DNA from: Octopus sinensis
Taxonomy: Eukaryota
Assembly: GCF_006345805.1 (NCBI RefSeq)
Contig: NC_043007.1
Span: 35,774,001 to 35,838,000 of the forward strand
Direction: 5' to 3'
Length of the DNA: 64,000 nt
The notes below the pieces were generated by a model, which saw only the letters and a list, made by a program, of their open reading frames with translations, searched no databases and had not been told where the DNA came from. Below are positions 14,046-26,517 of the stretch, one piece after another. The translations under genes and the position numbers were made by a program. The stretch's first letter is position 1; every line of letters starts with the position of its first letter.

Positions 14046-14386
14046 ACCAGTCATGTGTGTGTATGCACATATGCACATGAACATGCACAATGGGCTCTAT
14101 ACAGTCTGCATTTATGAAATTTTACTCCCAAGACATAGTATGTCGTGTAAGTTACTGCCAACTTTTTATACCCTGGACTGCGTGTGTTAGAAGGATTGTT
14201 TGCCTTTTCTCTGTATTAGTTTGCATTTGCAGTAACTTCTCAGGAATGACTTTGAGCTTAAGAAATTCATTTTTTGGCAATCACATGGTTTCAATTCCAT
14301 CTGACTCTGGTGCGTTCTTTGGCAAACGTCTTCTGCTATAGCTTCATCAGTAAAATATTTGGTTGAAATAAACTGTACAGAAGCCC

Positions 14387-14387
<1 letters not shown>

Positions 14388-14464
<77 letters not shown>

Positions 14465-15150
14465 ATGCATGTAAGTCTGTATGTGTTCACATTGTTATTG
14501 TGTCAGCAATAGCTGTGATAGTGTTTATGTCCTATATTAACAATGTCTGGTGACTTGCCAGTTTTATTGAAGAATAAGAAAAAAAAAACAAGCAACAGGA
14601 AGGGCACCAAGCTAGAGAAAACTGTCTCAGTAAGTCTCTTGCAGCCATTAACCAACATGACAAAAGTGGTTGTAAAGAAAAGTAGTGGTAGTGGCGGCGG
14701 TGGTGGTGGTGGTGGTGGTGGTAGTAACTGCTTTCCTACATTCACAACAGTTAGCAGAGTCCACACCCCTTCTGTTTCTTTGCTATGTATGTGTGTGTGT
14801 ATGTATGTATGTATGTATGTATGTATGTATGTGTGTGTATGTGTGTGTGTGTGTCTGTCTGTATGTATGTATGTATGTATGTATGTGTGTGTGTGTGTGT
14901 GTGCGTGTGCGTGCATGTGTGCGTGTGTGTGTCTGTCTGTATGTATGTATGTATGTTTTTTCTTTCTTTCTTTGTGTGTGTGCGTGTGTGCATGTATGTA
15001 TGTATGTATGTATGTGTGTGTGTGTATGTTTCTTTTTGTGTGTGTGTTTGCATGTATGTATGTATGTGTGTGTGTATGTATCTTTCTTTCTTTCTGTCTT
15101 TCTTTGTGTGTGTGTGTGTGTGTGTGTGCATGTATGTATGTATGTATGTA
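14388..15150. repeat. Compound (TG)n/(TATG)n microsatellite region
   Basis: Direct reading. Confidence 0.9.
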
Positions 15151-15885
15151 ATAAATAAATATAGAAATAAATACATGCATTCATATGCACACATACACAC
15201 ACACATGCATACATACAGGGATGCTGAAAACTTCCTGGCTTTGAAAATACTGGAAGATCAGTTAATTATGATTTTATTCAACATATTCCTCTGTCGGAAT
15301 CACACACTTACAGCAGTAGTCCGTCAGTTTTTCTTAGCCTTGTAAAAGAATTTGGAAGGTTAGGCCTCCAACTAGTCCTTTTACAACATCTTTAAAGTCA
15401 GGAACTTTTCAGCACCCCTTGTAAATTTACATTTATATGCATACATTATCATCATCATCATCATCGTTTAGCATCCACTTAGCATGGGTTGGACGGTTCA
15501 ACTGGGGTCTGGGAAGCAAGAAGGCTGCACCAGGCCCAGTCTGATCTGGCAATGTTTCTTCAGCAGGATGCCCTTCCTAACGCCAACCACTCCGTGAGTG
15601 TAGTGGGTGCATTTTACGTGCCACCGGCACAGGTGCCAGACGAGGCTGGCAAACGGCCACGATTGGATGGTGCTTTTTACATGCCACCAGCACGGGGCCC
15701 AGGCAAGGTTGGCAGCATATATGTGCATACATTCATTCTGAATCAAAACAATTTGTAGGATTATAATATTTGTATTTATATTATAATAATAATATAATAT
15801 GATGTTAATAAATTAAAAATATGTCAATCATAAATCTCCATTTTCCTTTGATTTATATATATATATTGCATTTATTTATTGACAG

Positions 15886-15957
15886 GATAATGTTCAGAAA
15901 TTAATGGAAGTCCAGTATGCTTTGATAGGAAACTTTGAAGTGATTTACCCAGGTCGT
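15886..15957 (+). CDS. FGD6: FGD-like exon, DH-PH linker
   Basis: DNVQKLMEVQYALIGNFEVIYPGR; gacag/gtaagt. Confidence 0.9.
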
Positions 15958-17351
15958 GTAAGTACCTTGAATTAGATATAGAGATTACTTACATATTTCT
16001 TATAATGATTGAATATCAACAGTACAGCTGTAGGTGATGGTTTTGTAGGTAAGTAAGGCTTCCATCCAGAGAGTCAACAGATGGCTCGTATCCCATTATC
16101 TGTGCTGCAGATCATACACGGCCAAAACACTTAAACTCTCAATTGATTCAATCTACCTATCTGTAAATACATATCCTGAGATGTGTAGGTAGAGATGTAG
16201 GCATGGATTATGACTGAGCAGTACTCTTAGTTTTAGTTCCTCCTGTATAATCATATAAAGATTTTGTAACAAAGTAGTGGTAACCATTGGTCTTATGTGT
16301 TGCTTCTGTATTTAAGGTAGTAGAGTCTAATTTCAGCAAGATTTGACTGTTATTTCTGCTAAGTTAAGCAGCCATGCAAAAGTTTATTCTCATTATAAGT
16401 ATACGTACACTTTGTGAAACACAAATTAGAGCTGCATTACTATAGTTATTCCTTATATAACATAAGGTGGTGAGCTGGCAGAAAAGTCAGCACGCCGGGC
16501 GAAATGCGTAGCCATATTTTGTCTGCTGTTACGTTCTGAGTTCAATTTCCACAGAAGTGACTTTGCCTTTCATCCTTTTGGGGTCAATAAATTAAGTACC
16601 AGTGACGCACTGGGGTCGATGTAATCAACTTAATCCGTTTATCTGTCCTTGTTTGTCCCCTCTGTGTTTAGCCCCTTGTGGGTAGTAAAGAAATAGTTAT
16701 TCCTTATATTACAAAAACCAAATATATAGCATATAGTTCATTCTTTAACATGGATTACATATTGTAATATGTGGTACAGACATGGCTATGTGGTTAAGAA
16801 GCTCACTTGGCAACCACATTGTTTCAGGTTCAGTTCCACTACAAAGTACCTTGGGCAAGCAAGTCTCTTTTACTGTGGCACCATGCCAACCAATGCCTTG
16901 TAAGTGAATTTGGTGGACAAAAACTGGGTGGAAGCCCATTGGTGTGTGTTTGTGTGTGTGTTTGTCCTTCTCCGTTGCTTCACACCTAGGGTTTGTTTGT
17001 TTACATCTGTGTAACTTAGCAGTTCAGCAAAAGAGACCAATAAAATAAGTAGTAGACTTAAAACAAAAATAAGTTCTGGGATCATTCTGTTTGACTAAAG
17101 ATTTCAAGGTGGTACTGTAGCTCGGCCACAGTCCAATGACTGAAACAAATAAAAGATAAATGATTACTATTGTTATACTTTTTAATGTCACAAAATGTGA
17201 ATTCATAGTTCGTAGTTGCTCTTTCATTAGCCTATATTACATATGTTGTCAGTTGTATAGTTGTGTGAGTCCTAAATAATTACTCTTGAAAAATGGGGAT
17301 TTTATCTGACAGGGAAGTTGATCCTCTGATACTGAATGTATTCTATTGCAG

Positions 17352-17420
17352 GAACTTATCAAGATGGGGGAGTTACAGAAACTCTCTAGGAAGGAGATGC
17401 AACCCAGAGTATTCATTTTG
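17352..17420 (+). CDS. FGD6: FGD-like exon, PH1 domain
   Basis: ELIKMGELQKLSRKEMQPRVFIL; tgcag/gtgagt. Confidence 0.93.
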
Positions 17421-17454
17421 GTGAGTATTATCATCATCATGATCATCATGATCA

Positions 17455-17512
<58 letters not shown>

Positions 17513-17975
17513 CCCTAGAGATTGTCCTGTATCAGGAGGATCATATTACTATTGTATACTGCATATACTTTCAATTTTTTTTTTTTATCATTTCATTATA
17601 TGTAAACCTCCCCACTTTACGTCTGTCTTTGTATTGTCCTCCGCATCCTTGCCCCTGGTGGCAAATAAAAGAAATTATTATCATAATCATCATCATCATC
17701 ATTATTGTTATTATTTAAGGCACCAAGCTGGCAGAATCGTTAGTATAATGGACAAAATGCTTATACATCCAAATTGACAATATAATTCTGAGTGGATTAT
17801 GAAATGGTTGTTAACTCTACATTCCAATTAAATTACATTAGAATTTAATTAACTTTGTGACTTGATAGCCAGATTCTTGTCCAGGGTGCTTACAGTGGTT
17901 CCACTTGATTCTTCAGATCTAAATTTTACATCTTATACACATGTGTCTACTTAGCATTTTTTTTTTTTTATGCAG

Positions 17976-18056
17976 TTCAATGACACGCTTTTGTATACGA
18001 CACCAGTACCTGCAGGATATAAACTCATCAACGTCTTAACATTAGCAGGAATGAAG
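17976..18056 (+). CDS. FGD6: FGD-like exon, PH1 domain
   Basis: FNDTLLYTTPVPAGYKLINVLTLAGMK; tgcag/gtaagt. Confidence 0.93.
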
Positions 18057-18100
18057 GTAAGTTTGTTGTAAACTTCTTCAAGTTGTTCATTGATATTTAA

Positions 18101-18320
18101 CCCTTTCATTACCAAACTGGCTGAAACCGCCCCTGGCTCTGAGTAAAAATATCATGTTTTCATAAGTTTTGAATTAAAATCTTCCACCAAGCTTTTGTCA
18201 CAATTTATGTTCCTAACACTAGCTGAATGATAACTAAGTTATTTTACTAAATTCTTTGTTATATTTAAAGTAATTGAAAGAAACACAGAGCATCTCAAAA
18301 TAAATACAGTAACGAAAGGG
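18101..18320. mobile_element. piggyBac-type MITE, family A
   Basis: ttaa|ccctttcattac ... gtaacgaaaggg|ttaa. Confidence 0.8.
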
Positions 18321-18724
18321 TTAAATCTAAACTGAAATATTTGGCTGTGATACAAAAATGAGTTATATGAAAATGAATTACATGAAATGAGGAGAGATCT
18401 AATCACCCAAGGGTTGTTGTCTTTATAGAACTTAACCCCAGGACATGACTAGTGCTTGTTTTGTTAACTCTAAAGTGGGTAAAAGGATAAAGATGACAAC
18501 TAGGTATGGCTGACTGGTTAAGAAGATTGCTCTACAAGCATGTGGTGTTAGGTTCTGCCCCACTGTGTGGCTCCTCTCGGGCAAGTGTCTCCTAATATAG
18601 CTCCAGACTGGCCAAAGCCTTGTCAGTAGATTTAGTGGATAGAAGCTATGTGGAAGCACATTGTATGTATTTGTGTTTGATCTCCCTCCTCCAGTACTGC
18701 TTGATAACCAGTGTTGGTATACTC

Positions 18725-18851
18725 TTTTACTTGTTTCAGTCATTTGACTGCGGCCAGTACTTATTCTATCGGTCTCTTTTGCCGAACCGCTAAGTAACGG
18801 GGACGTAAACACACCAGCATTGGTTGTCAAGCAATGCTAGGGGGACAAACA

Positions 18852-18890
<39 letters not shown>

Positions 18891-19083
18891 CACACACACA
18901 TATATATATACATATATACGACAGGCTTCTTTCAGTTTCCGTCTACCAAATCCACTCACAAGGCATTGGTCGGCCCGGGGCTATAGCAGAAGACACTTGC
19001 CCAAGATGCCACGCAGTGGGACTGAACCCGGAACCATGTGGTTGGTTAGCAAGCTACTTACCACACAGCCACTCCTGCGCCTA
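18725..19083 (-). mobile_element. tRNA-derived SINE family 1, near full length (also ~8440-8817 and ~63550-63961 on -, ~11285-12250 on +)
   Basis: Reverse complement of the family-1 head with internal (TA)/(CA) tract and tail tgactgaaacaagtaaaag. Confidence 0.8.
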
Positions 19084-19758
19084 TGTCCCTTTAGTTATTC
19101 AGCAAAAGAGACTGATAGAATAAGTACCAGACTTTAAAAAATAATTAAGTACTGGGATCAATTTATTTGACTAAACCAATGGTTCCCAAAGTGGGTGCTA
19201 CTGCCTCCTGGGGGCAGTGGAAAGTTCCAAGAAAAGTGGGGGGGTAATGGGGTAGCCAAAAGGGGGTGATTGATGTAAAAACAACAAAATGATAAGTTAA
19301 TTAGGTTATGTTGTATTTGTGAAATGCATTTGCTTTGAATTTGCTTCAGAAAAAGGCCTGTGTTTGTGGTGGTAAGTTAGTGGGGGGGATCACTAGGAAT
19401 GTGTCCTGGGTGCCAAGGGGGCAGTACCCCATAAAGTTTGGGAATCACTGGACTAAACTTTTCATGGTTATCCCCCAGCATGCCTGCTGTCCAGTGACTG
19501 AAACAAGCGAAAGATAACCAATTATGATAGTTGCTTCTGTTCAATATGTCTTTCTTTTGTTAAGATAATGAAGTTAGATAAGAGGGAAATTTAACTGCTA
19601 TTTCTAGCTGGTTGTGTGAATATGTCGAGATGCCCTCGTTGACTGAAATTAGTGTTATTACTATTACTACTCAGCTATTACTGTTTATTATTGTTGTTTT
19701 TGTTGCTGCTGCTGATACAGCTGTTGTTGTTGTTACAGTTAAATCTCTCTGTTTTCAG

Positions 19759-19838
19759 GTGAAAAAAACAACATTAGATGACTTCAAAAACGAATTTAAC
19801 ATCATCAGTATCCAACGATCATTCACAGTTTGTGCAAA
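19759..19838 (+). CDS. FGD6: FGD-like exon, PH1 domain
   Basis: VKKTTLDDFKNEFNIISIQRSFTVCA; ttcag/gtgagt, phase 2. Confidence 0.92.
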
Positions 19839-19859
19839 GTGAGTGTCATATTAATAACA

Positions 19860-20252
19860 TTCTCTTTTTCTCCTCCTTTCTCTCTGTGTCTCTGACTCTC
19901 TCTTTCTCTCCTCCTTTCTCTCTGTGTCTCTGACTCTCCCTTTCTCTCCCCCTTTCTCTCTCGTGTCTCTGACTCTCTCTTTCTCTCCTCCTTTCTCTCT
20001 GTGTCTCTGACTCTCTCTTTCTCTCCTCCTTTCTCTCTCGTGTCTCTGACTCTCTCTTTCTCTCCTCCTTTCTCTCTGTCTCTGACTCTCTCTTTCTCTC
20101 CTCCTTTCTCTCTCGTGTCTCTGACTCTCTCTTGCTCTCCTCCTTTTTCTCTGTGTCCCTGACTCTCCCTTTCTCTCTCTTGTGTCTCTGACTCTTTCTT
20201 TCTCTCCTCCTTTCTCTCTGTCTCTGACTCTCTCTTTCTCTCCTCCTTTCTC
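19860..20252. repeat. Pyrimidine-rich minisatellite, ~33-37 bp unit
   Basis: (ctctctttctctcctcctttctctctgtgtctctga)n, about 11 units. Confidence 0.9.
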
Positions 20253-21093
20253 AATCATTCTCTATAAAGGAAATAAACAAGGGCATATATTCCGGGTGTA
20301 CAAGGTGTGTGCTGCACACCCATCATAAATTCATTATAAATATTAACTTTACTCGTTAATTTAATCACAAATCATAATGGAAAACTTTTGTTACACCCCT
20401 GCTTGAAATTTGATGACAGGAGTCCTGAAATAACACTGCACACCTCACAGCACATTGTATCATAATATGGTGCCAGGCTTATCATAGAATACTGAGAAAA
20501 TGGCAAAAAATTGATGATGAAGGATGTGTAACAACTTTGACAGAATAGTCACATATTCATTTTCGTAGCTAGAAGTTGTTTGTTTAAATTGATTTGAAAT
20601 TCCTAAACTTAGATATTTTTTTACAATAATTCTTTATATCTGTATCTCAATTGAATTAAGTTTACATTACTTACATTTTGGATCTTGCATTTTGAATAGA
20701 AATACACAGTTTGTATGCCTAATTTGAGGACTGTACTACTAATGTTAGTCATAATATGGTCAGTATGGCAGCTCACCCAATGACAACCACCATACACCAC
20801 TGAAAATAAACTAATACTTAATGTTCCATAGTGAAAGCACGTGGCTTAGTGGTTAGGGTGTCAGCATCATGATCGTAAGATTGTGGTTTCGATTCCTGGA
20901 CCGGGCGACACATTGTGTTCTTGAGCAAAACACTTCATTTCATGTTGCTTCAGTCCACTCAGCTGGCAAAAATGAGTAACGCTGGAAGAAAACTATCTTC
21001 CCAGTTAACCTTCTTTTGATATTGCTGCACCTCTTATGTGTCCATTTGTTGTGTGTGTGTGCACGTTTTTTTTACCTGCAAAATGTTCAATAT

Positions 21094-21183
21094 TGCCTGA
21101 TGAATTGTTGTGGCTATATGATAATGTAATATTATTTTATGCATTATTAAATAAGAAGTCATGCTATGGAAATGAACAAAGCA
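21094..21183 (+). ncRNA. Degenerate hammerhead-like motif with long stem II, ~30 nt upstream of (TA)n
   Basis: tgc-CTGATGA...gtggct..ataatgta/tgcattat..agtcat...GAAA-tgaaca-aa-gca; base of stem II and NUH site are imperfect. Confidence 0.35.
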
Positions 21184-21541
21184 TAAACTGACCTGTTCAT
21201 TCATATTTTTGTATTATATATATATATATACATATAGATATATATATTATATAGTCACTTGCTATTTCATGTCTACTATGGACCTCTGCATGATCACTGA
21301 AGCTGCTAGAAATAATAACCAGTTCACCATCAAATTGCATCTCACTATGCATTAGAGAATGTAATGCTATTTATCCACCACGTCACCAAAAAAAAATATC
21401 CCCAGAGTGGTCATAGTTGGCTTGCCTTCAATCATATGTCTACATGAGCAGAGATTCACTGGACCTAAACAACAGCAACAACAACATATTTAGATTTATC
21501 TTGCTTATTTTTTTATCTTCTATACCCATTTTTGTCTGCAG

Positions 21542-21644
21542 CACATCTGCCGAGCGAGATGAATGGATCGATGCCATATCTAAAGCTATAGAAGACAACA
21601 CTTTGAAAAGGAATTCCTTTGAAGTAAATCGAACACAAGTACCT
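21542..21644 (+). CDS. FGD6: FGD-like exon, PH1 C-terminal helix
   Basis: (N)TSAERDEWIDAISKAIEDNTLKRNSFEVNRTQVP; ctgcag/gtaagt. Confidence 0.92.
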
Positions 21645-22132
21645 GTAAGTATTCTTGGGAATGTTTGTGTGTGCGTGCGTGCGTGTGTGTGTGTGTGTGC
21701 ATGCGTGCGTGGGTGGGTGGCGTGTGAACATATTTCCTTACTTTTGAGGTTGGCATTTGAATGTATTCTCTTCTACTAACTGTTATAAACATCACTGTCT
21801 GAAAGATACTGTGTTCCTATGTTTACTTATTATGAAATTCCTCAAATTTCTAAATAGCAGTAATAATATGTCATTCTTTTTAGAAATCTTCAGTGACGTA
21901 ACTTTGTGGTTTTATCTACTTTAGGGTATAATCCTTGCAAAAAAAAAATATATATATACTGATATTGTCTTGAAATTAACCGTACCATACATAATAGGGT
22001 TGCATGTTGCCCATGACTGGCTCAAATCTCCTGTTCTAATGTTGACTTAAAGACTCATGATGGGGAGGAACTTTTTGCATTTGACATTGTAAAGGCTCTG
22101 AACTGATTGTTGTTTTGTTTCTGTTGTTACAG

Positions 22133-22267
22133 TCATTGGAAAAGGGGTTTGTGTTAGGTTCAAAAGCACCTCTTTGGGTACCCGATGCCAGAGTAACGAT
22201 GTGTATGTTGTGTACTTGTGAATTCACTGTTACCTGGAGGCGGCATCATTGTCGAGCCTGTGGCAGG
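22133..22267 (+). CDS. FGD6: FGD-like exon, FYVE domain first half
   Basis: [38 protein letters not shown]: WxxD and RRHHCR FYVE motifs. Confidence 0.96.
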
Positions 22268-22641
22268 GTGAGTATTAATTTGTTTCTTACATGTTTCATC
22301 TTTATTATCTCTTATTTTTTACTTTCAAAAGCTCCTTTTGAGTTTTGGACCTTATGGTGGCAATAACGGATGACAGACCTTTGGCATTATGTTGTGCTTG
22401 AGAAGAAGACCCATCAAGCCAAGCAAACTCACAGTCATGGCAGATACTGGTGTCATGCAAATGGCACATAAAAGCAATAAATGCACCCATTATGCTCTCA
22501 GAGTGGTTGGCATTAGGAAGGGCGTCCAGCTACAATAATAGTAATAAGCATGTAATTCTTTTATTCTCTAGTTCTGATGAAAAATTTGCTAAAAAATTAT
22601 AGTGGAGTATCCTGTATGTTGAAAATCTATACTGACTTATG

Positions 22642-22724
22642 CATCCGAGGAAAGCGAGTTATTTCAAATTGATGTAATGCTTGCATTGTTAGATGAAATG
22701 AAGCTGCTTGAAACGGCCGTAATG
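22642..22724 (+). ncRNA. Type I hammerhead ribozyme variant (CCGAGGA core, long stem II)
   Basis: cat-CCGAGGA-aagc...gctt-GAAA-cggccg-TA|atg; palindromic stem III acggccgt; extended stem II pairs ttatttca/tgaaatga and tgatgtaa/ttgcattg. Confidence 0.7.
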
Positions 22725-22792
22725 GACTAATACCTGGACATCCTTGTTACTTATTTGCTTTATATATATATTTATATATGTATATATGTATT

Positions 22793-22852
<60 letters not shown>

Positions 22853-22993
22853 TATATATACATATATATACACAATATGTTACATTACTCGGTAGTCAAG
22901 ATAAAACTCTGAGTTTCAGATGCCGAAGTGGAAATCCACAACACCATCTCTTCGGTTATCTGGCTATTTGAAAAAACTAGTTTTCAAATAGCC

Positions 22994-23056
22994 AGATAAC
23001 CGAAGAGATGGTGTTGTGGATTTCCACTTCGGCATCTGAAACTCAGAGTTTTATCT
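22994..23056 (+). ncRNA. Type I hammerhead ribozyme variant (CCGAAGA core); mirrored on - strand in the left palindrome arm
   Basis: agataa-CCGAAGA-gatg...catc(t)-GAAA-ctcagag-TT|ttatct; 6-bp stem I; near-palindromic stem III aactcagagtt. Confidence 0.68.
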
Positions 23057-24163
23057 TGACTACCGAGTAATGTAACATATTGTATAGATAAATTTCCTCT
23101 ATTTACATAATATTGAGGTCTCTTTCTTTCTTTTGTTATCTTACCGTTTTATCAATATATATATATACACACACATGCACACATACACACACACTCACAC
23201 ACAATGTACTTCTACACAATTTCCATTTACTAAATACACTCACAATACATTGGTTAGCCTGGGGTTATAGCAGAAAACACTTGACCAAAGTGCTGTGCAG
23301 TGGGACTGAACCAGAATCCACTTGGATGCAAAACAAGATTGATAACCGCAAAGTCATGCCTGTCTCTTATGACTCAATCACAGGAAGACCAGCAGCACCC
23401 TAGGCACTGTTTCAGGGCTTCTGAGACTAGTGGATAGAATTGAGGAGGTTTTGAAAACATTTTTGAAAAAATCAGGTATTTCTAGGTTGACAATCGTCAT
23501 CATCACCATCATCACACCTGTGGATGCTAATTTAGTTAGCAGATATTTTATCTTGATATTTGGTAACAAGTCTCCTCAAATCTGAAGAATCTTTCTTATT
23601 ATTCTTGCAGAATATAGGATGGTACTTTTCTGTAGGTCAACAATGCAAGTTTCAATTCCAATCTGTTTTTTATCATCATCATCATCATCACAGTTACTTA
23701 CTTTTAATCTGCATGTTTGTTGCAATCACTTGCCAAGACACATCCGGGACCCTAGGGCAAGTGAAGGTTAAGAGATATTGAGATATAATTGAAAGCTTGG
23801 GGAAGGGAAGTGGCAGTTGTTGTTGTTATCAGCATCAGCGTCGTTGGGAAAAATATATGAAGCCCTGTATACCCATCATGACTACCTGTAAACAATATAT
23901 GCACAATAAGGTGATCACATATCAAGATAAACAGTTCATGACACTGCAGGTGGGGACCGGTTAGAATTTTGTTCAGGTTGAATAGCCCATCCCGCTCAAA
24001 AGGTCTTTGAATAAAGGTTGTTTAAGGATGTTGAATGAAACAACCATGTTTCCAAAGGTGAATTATCCAAACCCCAAAGAATTCCTCTCAACACATGGCT
24101 GTGATGCTTCCCCGCTACTTCTGCTCATGATCAGAGATGCACATATTGTCAGCTACTTTATTA

Positions 24164-24194
<31 letters not shown>

Positions 24195-24212
24195 TGTTTT
24201 GTTTTGCTGTAG

Positions 24213-24312
24213 GTGACTTGTGGTAACTGTTCCAACAACAAAGCGCCTTTACTGTATCTGGAGTACAGACCCAGTCGGGTGTGTGATGAGTGCAATAAGA
24301 AATTATATGAAG
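24213..24312 (+). CDS. FGD6: FGD-like exon, FYVE domain second half
   Basis: VTCGNCSNNKAPLLYLEYRPSRVCDECNKKLYE: RVC motif; tgtag/gtaatt. Confidence 0.95.
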
Positions 24313-24377
24313 GTAATTACAGATATATTTTAATTAAATATTTTATTATAATTTCTTCCATTTTTATTTATTTGTTT

Positions 24378-24740
24378 TATTACCTCTGCCTTAGCGCAGG
24401 CGGAGGTATTGTTTGCAGTCGTGTTCGTTTGTCCATGAACAAGATATCTCAAGAACCGCTGGATGAATTGAGATGAAACTTTCAGGAACGTTTGACCTCA
24501 TGACTGGCATAAAGTGATTATATTTGGGGATCGATCCAGTACCAGACAAGGATTCTGGATTATTTTTCCTGCTTTTTTACTTAATTTTTGAGAGCGGTCG
24601 GATTCAATTTTAGTATTGTTGTTTGTGAGAGCAGTCAAGTTTATTTCAGATATTCTCATTTTAAAAATCATCTCTGGCTAATCGTTGAGAGAATGTTGTT
24701 GTTGCTATGGTGGAGGTTTGCACTCTATGAGTGCTATTGT
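24378..24740. repeat. Unclassified non-autonomous DNA repeat (inverted copies ~33455-34075 and ~58180-58520)
   Basis: ttacctctgcc...ggcggaggt start hairpin; aagatatctcaagaaccgctggatg, gatgaaactttcagg shared segments. Confidence 0.6.
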
Positions 24741-24877
24741 TGTTGTTTCGCCCAAGTACATTTCTGATGGAGCTTATCTCCGGCACATAGACAGGTGAGT
24801 TTAACAACTAGATGTGATTAAAAAATCTAGTATTTTAGACATAAAATATTCACTACACTGTTTACATTAGTTAGCGG

Positions 24878-25325
24878 CACATAAAAGGCACCATTCGAGC
24901 GTGATCGTTACCAGCGTAGCCTTACTGTCACTTGTGCCCGTGCTAGTAGGGTGCCAAGAGCACCATCCAAGCATGATCATTGCCAGAGCAGCCAACTGGC
25001 TTCCATGCCAGTGGCTCATAAAAGGGCACCATTTGAGCATGATCGTTACCAACGTCGCCTAACTGGCACCTGTGCTGGTGGCATGTGTAAAAAGATTCAA
25101 GCGAGGTCGTTGCCAGTACCGCCTGACTGGCCCCCATGCCGGTGGCACGTAAAAGCACTCACTACACTCTCGGAGTGGTTGGCTTTAGGAAGGGCATCCA
25201 GCTGTAGAAACTCTGCCAAATCAAGATTGGAGCCTGGTGCAGCCATCTGGTTCACCAGCCCTCAGTCAAAATTGTCCAATCCATGCTAGCATGGAAAGCA
25301 GACGTTAAACGATGATGATGATAAT
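24878..25325 (+). mobile_element. RTE-LINE 3' tail fragments or RTE-dependent short element (also ~15450-15715 -, ~33580-33865 +, ~46415-46660 -, ~59600-59890 +, ~62645-62828 +)
   Basis: Shares cccactacactc.ggagtggttggcgttaggaagggcatccagc and the ...catgctagcatggaaagcggacgttaaac(gat)n end with the LINE at 38180-39838. Confidence 0.8.
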
Positions 25326-25899
25326 GATGACAGTGGTGTTATCTTAGTTGTTGCTTTCACTATGTTTTGTTTGTATACATAATATAAATTCCTCATCTCA
25401 GAAATGTAGTATTGTATAAGATATTCTCTACCCAGCCGAAGACCATACTGCACACTCTGACATACAGTAGTTAACCATATTAGGTGCAGTATGGTTATCT
25501 AAACATGTTGTCGTTGTTGTTAGTGGTGGTGCAGGTGTCGTAATGGTGTTATTGCAGCATACTGCACACTCTGACATATAGCTGTTCCCAACCACATGGT
25601 TCTAGGTTCAGTCCCACTGAGTGGCACCTTGGACAAGTGTGTTCTACTATAGCCTTGAGCTGACTGAATGAAGTCTTGTAAATGGATTTGGTAGACAGAA
25701 ACTGAAAGAAGCCGATTATGTGTGTGTCTTTGTGTCTGTGTTTGTCCCCCTGCATCACTTGACAACCAATGCTTCTGTGCTTACATTCCCATAAGTACGT
25801 GGTTTAGAAAAAGAGACTGATAGAATAAGTACCAGGCTTATAGAAAAGTACTGCAGTTGACTCGTTTGTCTAAAATTCTTCGTTTTATGTTGTTTATAG

Positions 25900-26057
25900 A
25901 AGTGGAACAGCAAGTGGACGAAATAAAGCTTGCAAAAGAAGAAGGCAAGAAACTCGAAAATGTGCTACCAGATGACTTACTGTCTCGATTCCAAAGAATT
26001 CGCAAGAGTGGACGCCATGGCCAGAAGAACATAAAACGGCCTGCTTGGCTGAAAGAA
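25900..26057 (+). CDS. FGD6: FGD-like exon, FYVE-PH2 linker
   Basis: (E)VEQQVDEIKLAKEEG...KRPAWLKE; tatag/gtaagt; phases 1 to 0 fit neighbours. Confidence 0.88.
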
Positions 26058-26210
26058 GTAAGTACTGGGCAGATCTGTGGTTGCTGTTATAATTTGATGA
26101 AATAAAAATAGGATGGATTATAAAACAAGTATGAGTGAAAGGGGTGGAGAGAGAGAGAGAGAGTGTATGTGTATGTGTGTGTGTATCTGAGAGAGAGAGG
26201 GAGAGTGTGT

Positions 26211-26249
<39 letters not shown>

Positions 26250-26282
26250 TGCGTGTGTGTTTGAGAGACAGAAGTGAAAAGA

Positions 26283-26517
26283 TGGCGGTGAGCTGGCAGT
26301 AACGTTAGCACGCCGGGCGAAATGCTTAGCAGTATTTCGTCTGCCGTTACGTTCTGAGTTCAAATTCCGCCGAGGTTGACTTTGCCTTTCATCCTTTTGG
26401 GGTCGATGAATTAAGTACCAGTTACGCACTGGGGTCGATGTAATCGACTTAATCCGTTTGTCTGTCCTTTTTTGTCCCCCTCTGTGTGTAGCCCCTTGTG
26501 GGCAGTAAAGAAATAAG
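26283..26517 (+). mobile_element. SINE family 2 (also ~16465-16695 and ~37543-37775 on +, ~6745-6970 on -)
   Basis: ggcggtgagctggcag...gagttcaaattcc B box...gactttgcctttcatcc...agtaaagaaata tail. Confidence 0.8.

Noticed and set aside
14359-15345. Several 140-225 aa ORFs on both strands
   Set aside because: They are translations of (TG)n/(TATG)n microsatellites, giving low-complexity CV/HT repeats with no splice or domain support.
19823-20258. Arg/Glu-rich ORFs on the - strand
   Set aside because: Translation of the minisatellite.
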